Positions 10,705 through 19,792 of a stretch of 51,662 nt of DNA are shown one piece after another; the first letter of the stretch is position 1, and each line of letters begins with the position of its first letter. The stretch lies in IMG/VR virus record IMGVR_UViG_2526164599_000006. One strand, written 5' to 3'. A model generated the notes under the pieces. That model was not told where the DNA came from, ran no database searches, and saw nothing but the letters and a program-made list of their open reading frames with translations. This stretch comes from a virus. Lineage: Duplodnaviria > Heunggongvirae > Uroviricota > Caudoviricetes. The position numbers were made by a program, and so were the translations under genes.

Positions 10705-10744
10705 GTGTTAATTTCTGGTCATGAGGTAATTTTCAGGAGGGCTT

Positions 10745-11167
10745 GTGGCAAAAGTTTTTACACAAGAAGAGCGGGAAAAAATTAAAGGGCTGATCGTGGA
10801 ATTCGTACGCCTTAACGGACGAGGCACGATTCGGCAGTTATCGGATGAAATTGGTGTCAGTCATGCGTCTGTCGGTCGTTTATGCATGGAGCTGGCCGCC
10901 AGTGGTGATGTTTACAATTCCGGTTACGGAGTATTCCCGTCTGAGCAGGCGCGCAAGGACTGGCAAAACGCCCGCAAAAAACTCTCAAGGGCAAAGCTGA
11001 AGAAACCATCTGTGGTTGATCCGGACCTTATCTGGCTATTACCAGACGGCGAAATACGCCGCTACGACAGGCGTCAGAACATAATCTGTCGCGAGTGCCG
11101 GAAGAGCGAAGTTATGCAGCGCATATTGTCGTTTTATCAGGGTAATTTTCAGGAGGTAGCGCAGTGA
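10745..11167 (+). CDS. hypothetical protein with HTH-like segment
   Basis: 140-aa ORF, GTG start preceded by GGAGGG; RQLSDEIGVSHASVGRL resembles an HTH. Confidence 0.45.
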   Translation: MAKVFTQEEREKIKGLIVEFVRLNGRGTIRQLSDEIGVSHASVGRLCMELAASGDVYNSGYGVFPSEQARKDWQNARKKLSRAKLKKPSVVDPDLIWLLPDGEIRRYDRRQNIICRECRKSEVMQRILSFYQGNFQEVAQ

Positions 11168-11658
11168 GTGCACCGGCAACCATTCTTGATATGTGCTGTG
11201 GCAGCCGCATGTTCTGGTTCGATAAGAATGACGACCGGGCGATATTTAGCGATATCAGAAAGGAAGAGCACACATTATGTGATGGACGAAGACTGATAAT
11301 TAGCCCTGACCTGATAGCAGATTTTCGTGCATTACCATTTGCAGACGCATCGTTTCCGGTGGTTGTATTCGACCCTCCGCATCTTGAGCGTGTTGGTGAT
11401 AACGCCTGGATGGGAAAGAAATATGGACGGCTGAATAAAGATACCTGGCGTGATGATTTGCGGCAGGGATTTAAAGAAGCCTTTCGTGTGTTGCGGCCAT
11501 ACAGCGTTCTGATTTTTAAATGGAATGAAACGCAAATACCTGTTCGCCAGATATTGGCACTGACCGACAGAAAGCCTGTTATCGGTCAACGAACAGGAAA
11601 GGGTGACAAGACCCACTGGATTATTTTTATGAAGGAGGCGACCAGTGAGCAAGATTGA
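11164..11658 (+). CDS. small phage Dam-like DNA N6-adenine methyltransferase (putative)
   Basis: 164-aa ORF with glycine-rich motif (DMCCGSRMFWFD) and DPPH variant of the DPPY catalytic motif (VVVFDPPHLERV). Confidence 0.5.
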   Translation: MSAPATILDMCCGSRMFWFDKNDDRAIFSDIRKEEHTLCDGRRLIISPDLIADFRALPFADASFPVVVFDPPHLERVGDNAWMGKKYGRLNKDTWRDDLRQGFKEAFRVLRPYSVLIFKWNETQIPVRQILALTDRKPVIGQRTGKGDKTHWIIFMKEATSEQD

Positions 11659-11827
11659 CTATCAAGAACTGCGCGAGGCGGCGGAACAGGCAACGCAAGA
11701 TGAATGGGTAGCATATATTTTGCCGGGTCATAACGCATTTATCCTGCGCGCACGTCTGAGGGTAGGCATTGCGGATACTTTATTGACTGGCCTGGCGTCT
11801 GTCAGGGGCGGGAGAGCATCAACATGA
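11645..11827 (+). CDS. hypothetical small protein
   Basis: 60-aa ORF; N-terminus MSKIDYQELREAAEQA is paralogous to N-termini of ORFs at 12327 and 13752. Confidence 0.35.
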   Translation: MSKIDYQELREAAEQATQDEWVAYILPGHNAFILRARLRVGIADTLLTGLASVRGGRAST

Positions 11828-12330
11828 GCATCAGAACCTACGCAGTGAATTGCAATGACGCATGGCTAAACACCGAAGGTGATGACATCTCCGGCTCATA
11901 CGTTAAGTACAAAGACCATCAGGAAGTGGTTGCCGCTCTTGAGGCCAAGTGCGCGGCGCTGACAGCGGAGAATGCGGGAATAAAGTCTGCAATTCCAGAA
12001 TCACGGGATATTGAGGATGACAATGACAATATGGATGACGTATCTCTCGCGGAAGACTTCGGGTTCAATCATGCAATAGAACGGATGAGGAGACAGATAC
12101 CTGAAACGCCAACCACTGATGCTTTCCTGGCTGAAGTCCGGGCGCAGGGGGTGGATGCTGCTATAGAAGCTGCAAAAAATCTGGTGGCCCAAGAATATGA
12201 GTATAAGGATTTCAAAGCGGCGCAGAGTGATTGCTGTATGCACCCTGGTTCAGACCTGGTAGGGAAGGTTGAAATGACTGAGTGGTTAGTTGACTTTGCT
12301 GCCCAGCTTCGCAAAGGAGGCAACCAGTGA
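11824..12330 (+). CDS. hypothetical early-region protein
   Basis: 168-aa ORF translationally coupled to neighbours; no recognisable family. Confidence 0.45.
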   Translation: MSIRTYAVNCNDAWLNTEGDDISGSYVKYKDHQEVVAALEAKCAALTAENAGIKSAIPESRDIEDDNDNMDDVSLAEDFGFNHAIERMRRQIPETPTTDAFLAEVRAQGVDAAIEAAKNLVAQEYEYKDFKAAQSDCCMHPGSDLVGKVEMTEWLVDFAAQLRKGGNQ

Positions 12331-12974
12331 GCGAAATTAATTACCAGTCACTGCGTGAGGTGGCGGAACGTGCAATTCCAGCAATGGAACGCCTGTTAAT
12401 GTTGCCAGCTGATGATGATTTGTTAAGTGAACAGGAACTTAAAGATTACGGTGTGGATATTGATGCGCTCAATGCCTTCAAATTTCTGACCGGACCAGAA
12501 ACCGTGCTGGCACTACTGGACGAACGGGAAAGAAACCAGCAATACATCAAACGCCGCGACCAGGAGAACGAGGATATTGCACTAACGGTTGGGAAACTGC
12601 GTGTTGAGCTGGAAGCCGCAGAGAAGCGCAACGCAAAATTACAAAGCGAGAATGCATACATCCGCAACCGGTTCAAAGAGCTGGACCTGTTAATCGGGAA
12701 AAACATTCTGGTCATGCAGGCTGCGATTATCGAATGGCAGGCAACTGGCGACGCTAAAAGCGGACTGGCATGGATTTATAACACACTGTTTGGCCTAGGC
12801 GAATTGCCGGACGAATCTGAGAAAGATGCTCAGGCCTACTTTAATCGCAAATATGCACCGATTGACGAAAAGCTCATGGAGCTTCACAAGTGGTTTTGGG
12901 AACAAAGTGAAGCCGAGCGCGCCGCTGGCATTCGCATCAAAGGAGAGGAGCATGGAAATAAAACCAGAGGATGA
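12327..12974 (+). CDS. hypothetical coiled-coil protein (Ea22-like class)
   Basis: 215-aa ORF; N-terminus MSEINYQSLREVAERA; central heptad-rich region. Confidence 0.45.
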   Translation: MSEINYQSLREVAERAIPAMERLLMLPADDDLLSEQELKDYGVDIDALNAFKFLTGPETVLALLDERERNQQYIKRRDQENEDIALTVGKLRVELEAAEKRNAKLQSENAYIRNRFKELDLLIGKNILVMQAAIIEWQATGDAKSGLAWIYNTLFGLGELPDESEKDAQAYFNRKYAPIDEKLMELHKWFWEQSEAERAAGIRIKGEEHGNKTRG

Positions 12975-13308
12975 GTTAAGCAATATCGTTTTATTTCCGG
13001 TAAAAGAGGATGACCCTCGTAATCAGGTTAATTTTCTTTATGAGCCATCGGAAAGACCATATTGCCATCACGCCTCTGTTCGGGTTGACGAAAAAGAGCG
13101 TCAGGTCCGCTGTAAAATCTGCGGTGCAGTTGTGGAGCCGTTTGACTGGATGCTCTCTGTGGCGAAAAGAGAAACCAGACTGGCAGATGATGTAAGGCTA
13201 TTGCGCCAGGAGGAACAGGAAAGGCGGAAAAATATAGAAAAGTTAATTCAGATTGAGCGTAACGCAAAAGCGCGGATATGCAGGGCGACAAAATCCAGAA
13301 CTGAATAA
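12952..13308 (+). CDS. hypothetical protein with CxxC...CxxC zinc-ribbon
   Basis: 118-aa product from internal Met (MEIKPEDEL...) of 160-aa ORF; cysteine pairs CHH...CKIC. Confidence 0.4.
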   Translation: MEIKPEDELSNIVLFPVKEDDPRNQVNFLYEPSERPYCHHASVRVDEKERQVRCKICGAVVEPFDWMLSVAKRETRLADDVRLLRQEEQERRKNIEKLIQIERNAKARICRATKSRTE

Positions 13309-13403
13309 TTAAATTTAGCACTGTAAATAAAATCAAATCCTTAACCGGAGGGATTTCTGCACCCTCAGAACATCAGGAGGCCGTCCGAAAGGGCGGTAGT
13401 GAA

Positions 13404-13586
13404 ATGCGAAAATTCAAAATAATTATTGAAACGGGAATAGCCGGTGGAGATTTCGAGGATGAATTCGAAGTGGATGATGATGCAACACCAGATGAAATAC
13501 AGGATGAAGCTAAAGATATTTTCTTTAACTACTGCAATTACTCATACCACGAAATAAAAGACGAAGAGGAAGAACAAAATGGCTGA
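13404..13586 (+). CDS. hypothetical acidic small protein
   Basis: 60-aa ORF rich in D/E. Confidence 0.3.
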   Translation: MRKFKIIIETGIAGGDFEDEFEVDDDATPDEIQDEAKDIFFNYCNYSYHEIKDEEEEQNG

Positions 13587-13755
13587 TTTTGGTTCAACTA
13601 AATATAACGCCAGTTTTGAAGAATGGCATGAACTGTTAATGGATTATGCAGAGTTACGCGGTGGAAGTGCCGCTGATGCTGAAGCATGGCGTGATGATTA
13701 TGAAGCAGGGAAAACACCGGTCGAAGCATATTGTGATGAGTGGGGCGATGAATGA
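13579..13755 (+). CDS. hypothetical small protein
   Basis: 58-aa ORF (MADFGSTKYNASFEEWHELL...) below the track cut-off; ATGA overlap with the next gene. Confidence 0.3.
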   Translation: MADFGSTKYNASFEEWHELLMDYAELRGGSAADAEAWRDDYEAGKTPVEAYCDEWGDE

Positions 13756-14111
13756 GCGAGATTAATTATCAGGAAGGGCATGAAAAGGCAGGGCAGGCAA
13801 AACCAGTGGCATGGCGATATCGCTACGTGAAAAAAGGCGTTACAGACTTTCAGGGGAAGCAGTGGGTTGGTGACTGGAAATATGTCCCGACAAAAGAGGA
13901 TTGCAACGACAGACCGAACTATGAAATTCAGGCGTTATTCACTGCCCCGCCTGTGCCACTGACACCAGAAGGATTGATTAAAGCAGTGCGTTTCTATGAA
14001 CAGGTAAAGCGTGAGAATCCGCCAGTCGAAACCGGAGCATGGAAAGACGCTGTTGACTGGGTGCTCAAAGAGGCTTGCCAGTCTGTAAACATTGGCATCA
14101 AAGGAGAGTGA
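13752..14111 (+). CDS. hypothetical protein
   Basis: 119-aa ORF; N-terminus MSEINYQ paralogous to ORF at 12327. Confidence 0.4.
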   Translation: MSEINYQEGHEKAGQAKPVAWRYRYVKKGVTDFQGKQWVGDWKYVPTKEDCNDRPNYEIQALFTAPPVPLTPEGLIKAVRFYEQVKRENPPVETGAWKDAVDWVLKEACQSVNIGIKGE

Positions 14112-14112
14112 T

Positions 14113-14376
14113 ATGGCAACTTTGACAAAAAAAGAACAAGCATGGTTGAGCGAATTACAGGACGTTCTTGATCGCTGTCCATCACCGAAAAAAATTGGTT
14201 TTTACACCATTGGCGATAAAAGCATTTACCTGTATGACCTGCGCCGCATGGATGAAATCATGGAGGCTCTTGATAATCGTTCGTCGATGGATTGGTGTGT
14301 TGCTGTTCATGATATGAATGCAGGGTTTGATGAAAAGATTTTGTTCCCCTCATCAGTTGAAAGCACTGCGGGTTAA
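14113..14376 (+). CDS. hypothetical protein
   Basis: 87-aa product from internal Met (MATLTKKEQ...) of the 94-aa ORF. Confidence 0.4.
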   Translation: MATLTKKEQAWLSELQDVLDRCPSPKKIGFYTIGDKSIYLYDLRRMDEIMEALDNRSSMDWCVAVHDMNAGFDEKILFPSSVESTAG

Positions 14377-14386
14377 GGAGTAACAC

Positions 14387-14554
14387 ATGACCACTATTAC
14401 CAAAGAACGTATTGAATTGTTCATTAAAAATCCGGTTGAAAACGGGCTTACCCGTGGTGAACAAATGGAACTGGCACGGATTGCGCTGGCATCGCTGGAA
14501 GCAGAGCCGGTTGTGTTCTGGTTTGAAAAATATCAAGAAGGGGCTACGGCATGA
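14387..14554 (+). CDS. hypothetical small protein
   Basis: 55-aa ORF ([12 protein letters not shown]...SLEAEP) resembling the N-terminus of the next ORF; ATGA overlap downstream. Confidence 0.3.
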   Translation: MTTITKERIELFIKNPVENGLTRGEQMELARIALASLEAEPVVFWFEKYQEGATA

Positions 14555-14895
14555 CGACTTTTACCAGAGAGCAGTTAATAGCTCACGCAGAGGAGACTAT
14601 TGAAGCACAGAGACTGTGCATACCGGGCACAATCGACCATGACATCATCCGCACATATAAGATGGATATTGCTGTTCTGGAAATCGCACTGGTATCGCTG
14701 GCAGCAGAGCCAGCCGGTAAATTGCATGAATACAAACCAGTGGGATATCAGCGTCTGGTCGATGAGTTAACCATGCTGGTAAAGCAGTTAACCTGGCAAC
14801 TGAGGAAAGCGAAGCCAGACTGCAAATTACCGGATAAGGCGATGAGTTATCTGGAGCGGAACGGACTGATAAGCGTGGAGGATATTTTACGATGA
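14551..14895 (+). CDS. hypothetical protein
   Basis: 114-aa ORF. Confidence 0.4.
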   Translation: MTTFTREQLIAHAEETIEAQRLCIPGTIDHDIIRTYKMDIAVLEIALVSLAAEPAGKLHEYKPVGYQRLVDELTMLVKQLTWQLRKAKPDCKLPDKAMSYLERNGLISVEDILR

Positions 14896-15186
14896 CCTGG
14901 CCTGAAGCATTAACAACGGTAGGAATTGCGATGGCGGTGGCGCTGGTGGTGTATTCGATTTGCCGCTGGGGATAAAAACGGTTTGCGGTAAAGCGAGAGT
15001 TAAGTAGAATTGCTGCGGGTGCTTGAGGCTATCTGCCTCAGGCATGAACACCAAAAGGCAGATAGAGAAAAGCCCCAGTTAACATTACGCGTCCTGCAAG
15101 ACGCTTAACATTAATCTGAGGCCCAATCTATGTCTCACAAATGTAGGTTAGCCTCTTACGTGCCGAAAGGCAAGGAGAAGCAGGCT

Positions 15187-15342
15187 ATGAAGCAGCAAAA
15201 GGCGATGCTAATCGCCCTGATCGTCATCTGTTTAACCGTCATGGTGACGGCACTGGTAACGAGGAAAGACCTCTGCGAGGTACGAATCCGAACCGGCCAG
15301 ACGGAGGTCGCTGTCTTCACAGCTTACGAACCTGAGGAGTAA
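15187..15342 (+). CDS. hokD: Hok/Gef-family small membrane toxin (HokD/RelF-like)
   Basis: 51-aa product MKQQKAMLIALIVICLTVMVTALVTRKDLCEVRIRTGQTEVAVFTAYEPEE; RBS AAGGAG 8 nt upstream; in-frame upstream extension from ATG 15130. Confidence 0.8.
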   Translation: MKQQKAMLIALIVICLTVMVTALVTRKDLCEVRIRTGQTEVAVFTAYEPEE

Positions 15343-15410
15343 GAGACCCGGCGGGGGAGAAATCCCTCGCCACCGCTGATGTGTCAGGCATCCTCAACGC
15401 ACCCGCACTT

Positions 15411-15436
15411 AACCCGCTTCGGCGGGTTTTGTTTTT
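15411..15436 (+). terminator. rho-independent terminator after hok
   Basis: Hairpin ACCCGC-TTCG-GCGGGT followed by TTTTGTTTTT. Confidence 0.5.
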
Positions 15437-15508
15437 CCTGGCATTCTGGTTTACAATTCGCACACCAGCCTGAACAACTGGCACCTGCTGCGCCAGCAGA
15501 GACAACCG

Positions 15509-15787
15509 ATGGCGCACGATACCAAATTACACAATTCTGATAATTCAGCCGTCTTTGCCAGCAGGCGCGGACGGTGTTTTCACGCATTCAAATCTGACTG
15601 GTACCAGCATCCCCCATGCACTGAAGAACAGGCCGAATGGCTCATTCAGTGTTACCGCAGGCGCGGATACGAGGTTAAAAAAGCCCTTAACCTCGACTAC
15701 CGTCACTGGATAATCTCCGTCAGGCTTCCTTACTCTGAACGCCCACCGCGTCCGTCCCGCACATTCCAGCAACGCATCTGGAGGTAA
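15509..15787 (+). CDS. hypothetical protein
   Basis: 92-aa ORF. Confidence 0.35.
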   Translation: MAHDTKLHNSDNSAVFASRRGRCFHAFKSDWYQHPPCTEEQAEWLIQCYRRRGYEVKKALNLDYRHWIISVRLPYSERPPRPSRTFQQRIWR

Positions 15788-15788
15788 C

Positions 15789-16181
15789 GTGCGGGTATTA
15801 CTTCGACCTGTTCTGGTACCGGAACTCGGGCTGGTGATCGTTAAGCCGGGCCGTGAATCCATGCCGGTATTCCACAATACCCGGGTACTGGTGGAGCCGG
15901 AACCGAAAAGCATGCGTAATCTGCCGTCCGGGGTCGTTCCTGCCGTTCGCCAGCCGCTGGCGGAGGATAAATCATTACTGCCATTTTTCAGCGACGAACG
16001 AGTGATTCGTGCTGCTGGTGGCGCTGGCGCATTGTCTGACTGGTTACTGCGCCATGTTAAATCCTGCCAGTGGCCACACGGCGATTATCACCACAGTGAA
16101 ACCGTCATTCACCGTTATGGTACCGGCGCAATGGTGTTGTGCTGGCACTGCGACAACCAGTTGCGTGACCAGACCTCCTAA
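15789..16181 (+). CDS. hypothetical protein with Cys/His cluster
   Basis: 130-aa ORF; CQWPHGDYHH...CWHCDN. Confidence 0.35.
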   Translation: MRVLLRPVLVPELGLVIVKPGRESMPVFHNTRVLVEPEPKSMRNLPSGVVPAVRQPLAEDKSLLPFFSDERVIRAAGGAGALSDWLLRHVKSCQWPHGDYHHSETVIHRYGTGAMVLCWHCDNQLRDQTS

Positions 16182-16220
16182 TCACTTGAGCAACTTGCTC
16201 ACCAAAACCTGTCAGCATGG

Positions 16221-16838
16221 ATGATTGACGTCATTCGTCACGCAATGAATGGCACACAGGAGCGTGAATTATCGCTGGCTGAATTATCCTGGTGGGCGGC
16301 CTGCAATCAGGTGGTGGATGCACTACCTGAGGCAGTAGCGCGTCGTTCGCTGGGATTACCAGCGGAAAAAATCCGCTCCGTATACCGTGAGAGTGACATC
16401 GTACCGGGAGAACAGACAGCCATCAGCATACTGAAGCAGCGCACAAAAAATATTGCGCTGCCACTTCACGTCCACCAGCAACAAAATCCACCACAGGAAA
16501 AGACGGTGGTCAGCATTGCCGTTGATCCGGAGTCTCCGGAATCCTTCATGAAACGACCTAAACGTCGCCGCTGGGTTAACGAGAAATACACGCGCTGGGT
16601 GAAGACACAGCCGTGTGCGTGTTGTGGTAAGCCAGCCGACGATCCCCATCACCTGATTGGTCATGGTCAGGGCGGAATGGGGACAAAATCTCACGATATT
16701 TTCACGCTACCGCTGTGTCGGGAGCATCACAACGAGCTTCATGCGGATCCGCTGGCGTTCGAAGAAAAGCATGGCTCTCAGGTTGATTTAATTTTTCGTT
16801 TTCTTGATCACGCCTTTGCAACCGGCGTGCTCGGGTAA
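16221..16838 (+). CDS. DUF968-like protein with HNH-type motif
   Basis: 205-aa ORF; C-terminal CACCGK...DPHHLIGH...CREHHNELH; sits upstream of rusA as YdfU does in Qin. Confidence 0.5.
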   Translation: MIDVIRHAMNGTQERELSLAELSWWAACNQVVDALPEAVARRSLGLPAEKIRSVYRESDIVPGEQTAISILKQRTKNIALPLHVHQQQNPPQEKTVVSIAVDPESPESFMKRPKRRRWVNEKYTRWVKTQPCACCGKPADDPHHLIGHGQGGMGTKSHDIFTLPLCREHHNELHADPLAFEEKHGSQVDLIFRFLDHAFATGVLG

Positions 16839-16850
16839 AAGAGGTTACTG

Positions 16851-17225
16851 ATGCGTATAGAGTTTGTTTTGCCTTACCCGCCGACGGTGAACACCTACTG
16901 GCGACGTCGTGGCAGCACATATTTTGTATCAAAAGCCGGTGAGCGTTATCGCCGGGCTGTGGCGCTTATTGTTCGCCAGCAGCGGCTGAAATTAAGCCTG
17001 TCCGGAAGGCTGGCGATAAAGATTATTGCCGAGCCACCGGATAAGCGCCGCCGTGACCTGGACAATATTCTGAAAGCGCCGCTGGATGCGCTGACGCATG
17101 CGGGGTTGCTAATGGACGATGAGCAGTTTGATGAAATCAATATCGTTCGTGCTCAGCCAGTATCTGGTGGACGTCTGGGGGTGAAGATTTACCCCATAAT
17201 GCTTGCAGGGCAGGTCAAAAAATGA
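16851..17225 (+). CDS. rusA: Holliday junction resolvase RusA
   Basis: 124-aa ORF with RusA hallmarks (DxDN core RRRDLDNILKAPLDALT). Confidence 0.85.
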   Translation: MRIEFVLPYPPTVNTYWRRRGSTYFVSKAGERYRRAVALIVRQQRLKLSLSGRLAIKIIAEPPDKRRRDLDNILKAPLDALTHAGLLMDDEQFDEINIVRAQPVSGGRLGVKIYPIMLAGQVKK

Positions 17226-18043
17226 AACTGGAAGATTTACCGAAATACTACTCCCCAAAATCCCCCGGCCTGACTGATGCATCGGCCTCAACGTCGAAAG
17301 ATGCGCTGAGTATCACTGATGTGATGGCCGCGCAGGGCATGACACAGAATCGGGCTGAGATGGGGTTTTCTGCGTTCCTTGGGAAAATGGGCATTAGTAT
17401 GAATGACAGAGAGCGGGCAACAGAATTGCTGACAGAATATGCACTCAGTCGGTGTGATCGCGTGGCGGCGTTAAGAAAACTCCCGGCAGAAATAAAACCG
17501 GTAGTGATGCGCATTATGGCTTCGTACGCTTTTGAGGATTATGCCCGTAGCGCAGCGAGTAAAAAGCAGTGCCCTTGTTGCTATGGGGAAAAATTTATTG
17601 AAAGCGTAGTTTTTACAAACAAGGTCCAGTATCCGGATGGTAAGCCGCCGGTATGGGCAAAGTGTACGAAAGGTGTGTATCCGTCTTACTGGGAAGAATG
17701 GAAAAAAGTCAGGGAGGTGGTAAAAGTTGCCTGTCCGGAGTGTGGCGGAAAGGGTGAGGTTTCCACCGCCTGTAAGGATTGCCGTGGGCGTGGTGTCGCC
17801 ATTCATCGTGAAGAGTCGGTAAAACGTGGTATGCCTGTTATCAGAGACTGCCAGCGTTGTGGTGGTCGTGGCTGTGAAAGACTACCATCAACGGAGGCAT
17901 TTAATGCCATATGCGAAGTGACGAGTGCTATCACGCTTGATACGTGGAAAAAATCAGTGAAACGCTTTTACGATACGTTGGTGGTTCGGTTTGACATTGA
18001 AGAGGCATGGGCGGAGCGGCAGTTAAAGAGGGTAACGCGATAG
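17222..18043 (+). CDS. late-gene antitermination protein Q (QuuQ-like)
   Basis: 273-aa ORF with multiple CxxC zinc-finger motifs; located after rusA and immediately before a promoter/terminator pair and the lysis genes. Confidence 0.65.
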   Translation: MKLEDLPKYYSPKSPGLTDASASTSKDALSITDVMAAQGMTQNRAEMGFSAFLGKMGISMNDRERATELLTEYALSRCDRVAALRKLPAEIKPVVMRIMASYAFEDYARSAASKKQCPCCYGEKFIESVVFTNKVQYPDGKPPVWAKCTKGVYPSYWEEWKKVREVVKVACPECGGKGEVSTACKDCRGRGVAIHREESVKRGMPVIRDCQRCGGRGCERLPSTEAFNAICEVTSAITLDTWKKSVKRFYDTLVVRFDIEEAWAERQLKRVTR

Positions 18044-18048
18044 TGTTG

Positions 18049-18076
18049 TTGATTTTTCCCGAATCTGTGGTAAATT
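18049..18076 (+). promoter_or_regulatory. candidate late promoter pR'
   Basis: TTGATT (18049..18054), 16-bp spacer, extended -10 TGgTAAATT (18068..18076), directly downstream of the Q gene. Confidence 0.4.
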
Positions 18077-18125
18077 TGCTCTAACGATGGGCGTTTTATG
18101 CCTGACGTTAGAAGATTTTTTACAC

Positions 18126-18147
18126 CCCGCCGCCTGGCGGGTTTTTT
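18126..18147 (+). terminator. candidate tR'-like intrinsic terminator
   Basis: Hairpin CCCGCC-GCCT-GGCGGG followed by TTTTTT, about 50 nt downstream of candidate pR'. Confidence 0.45.
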
Positions 18148-18269
18148 ATGACTGAAATCGCGTCAGTACAGTAAACGCGCTGGTGGCGGTGAATACCTGT
18201 CTTTCAGCTTGCTGGCTTTTTCGACAAGAGTTATTGGTGTGTCACGTTAACCGGAAAAGGGAAAAAGAC

Positions 18270-18467
18270 ATGCTAAAACAGCAGGATATGACAGAAACCG
18301 CCAGAGTAGTGTTTAATGAATTAAGCGTTACCGAACCGGCGACAGTCGGGGAGATAGCGCAGAATACTTACCTTTCACGCGAACGCTGCCAGTTAATACT
18401 GGCCCAGCTGGTTATGGCGGGTCTGGCAGACTATCAGTTCGGTTGTTACAGACGCCTTCCGCAGTGA
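18270..18467 (+). CDS. hypothetical small protein
   Basis: 65-aa product from internal Met (MLKQQDMTE...) of the 94-aa ORF; stop codon lies inside a terminator hairpin. Confidence 0.35.
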   Translation: MLKQQDMTETARVVFNELSVTEPATVGEIAQNTYLSRERCQLILAQLVMAGLADYQFGCYRRLPQ

Positions 18468-18477
18468 AGGCTTTTTT
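18454..18477 (+). terminator. intrinsic terminator-like hairpin
   Basis: GCCTTC-CGCAGT-GAAGGC followed by TTTTTTATT. Confidence 0.4.
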
Positions 18478-18617
18478 ATTTGTGGTAAATGGGCGGCTGG
18501 TGGGTGTTAGGGGCACCCACCAGCCATCTGCTCATGCGTTGGGTTCACAAGCAAACCTCAGGCCCACTGCTTTGCGCAAAAGCAGAATGAGCCTATCAGA
18601 GACAGGCTTAATGATCC

Positions 18618-19667
18618 ATGCTTAATACTGTAAAAATATCCAGTTGTGAGTTAATCAACGCCGACTGCCTGGAATTTATCCGGTCGTTACCCGAAAATTC
18701 TGTTGACCTGATAGTCACGGACCCGCCGTACTTTAAAGTGAAGCCTGAGGGCTGGGATAACCAGTGGAAGGGCGACGATGATTACCTGAAGTGGCTGGAC
18801 CAGTGTCTGGCGCAGTTCTGGCGGGTGCTGAAACCTGCCGGAAGTCTTTACCTGTTCTGTGGTCATCGCCTGGCATCTGATATCGAAATCATGATGCGTG
18901 AACGCTTCAGTGTGCTGAACCATATTATCTGGGCGAAGCCGTCCGGACGCTGGAACGGATGCAACAAGGAAAGCCTGCGGGCGTATTTCCCCGCCACAGA
19001 GCGCATTCTGTTCGCGGAACATTATCAGGGGCCGTATCGTCCGAAAGATGCCGGGTATGCGGCGAAGGGCAGTGCACTGAAACAGCATGTGATGGCCCCG
19101 CTGATTTCTTACTTTCGTGATGCGCGCGTGGCCCTGGGGATAACGGCAAAACAGATTGCAGATGCCACAGGAAAGAAAAACATGGTGTCGCACTGGTTCA
19201 GTGCCAGTCAGTGGCAGCTACCGAACGAAAGCGATTATCTGAAATTACAGTCGCTGTTTGCCCGGGTGGCAGAAGAGAAACATCAGCGCGGTGAACTGGA
19301 AAAGCCCCACCACCAGCTGGTGGATACGTATACGTCACTGAACCGGCAGTATGTGGAGCTGCAGAGTGAATATAAGCATCTGCGGCGGTATTTTGGTGTG
19401 ACGGCGCAGGTGCCGTACACGGATGTGTGGACACATAAACCGGTGCAGTTCTATCCCGGGAAACATCCGTGCGAAAAACCGGCAGAAATGCTGCAGCAGA
19501 TAATCAGCGCAAGCAGTCGTCCGGGTGACCTGGTTGCAGATTTTTTTATGGGCTCAGGTTCAACGGTAAAAGCTGCACTGGCGCTCGGGCGTCGTGCGAT
19601 TGGCGTTGAACTGGAGACCGGACGTTTTGAGCAGACAGTCAGGGAAGTTCAGGATTTAATCGTTTGA
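18618..19667 (+). CDS. DNA N6-adenine methyltransferase (orphan, phage-encoded)
   Basis: 349-aa ORF with DPPY catalytic motif (LIVTDPPYF) near the N-terminus and SAM-binding motif (DFFMGSGST) near the C-terminus. Confidence 0.8.
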   Translation: MLNTVKISSCELINADCLEFIRSLPENSVDLIVTDPPYFKVKPEGWDNQWKGDDDYLKWLDQCLAQFWRVLKPAGSLYLFCGHRLASDIEIMMRERFSVLNHIIWAKPSGRWNGCNKESLRAYFPATERILFAEHYQGPYRPKDAGYAAKGSALKQHVMAPLISYFRDARVALGITAKQIADATGKKNMVSHWFSASQWQLPNESDYLKLQSLFARVAEEKHQRGELEKPHHQLVDTYTSLNRQYVELQSEYKHLRRYFGVTAQVPYTDVWTHKPVQFYPGKHPCEKPAEMLQQIISASSRPGDLVADFFMGSGSTVKAALALGRRAIGVELETGRFEQTVREVQDLIV

Positions 19668-19716
19668 AACGGATGAGATTGCAGAATTAATTACGCACCA
19701 TTATTATTCTGCTTCC

Positions 19717-19792
19717 GGCCCTTTAGCTCAGTGGTGAGAGCGAGCGACTCATAATCGCCAGGTCGCTGGTTCAAATCCAGCAAGGGCCACCA
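19717..19792 (+). tRNA. ileZ: tRNA with CAU anticodon, tRNA-Ile2 (lysidine)-like
   Basis: 76-nt cloverleaf GGCCCTT...AAGGGCCACCA; anticodon loop CTCATAA; close to remembered E. coli ileX. Confidence 0.8.

Noticed and set aside
15130-15186. Separate mok gene as a distinct CDS
   Set aside because: The upstream ATG is in the same frame as hok and only yields an N-terminally extended Hok; kept as a note under hok rather than called as a separate gene.
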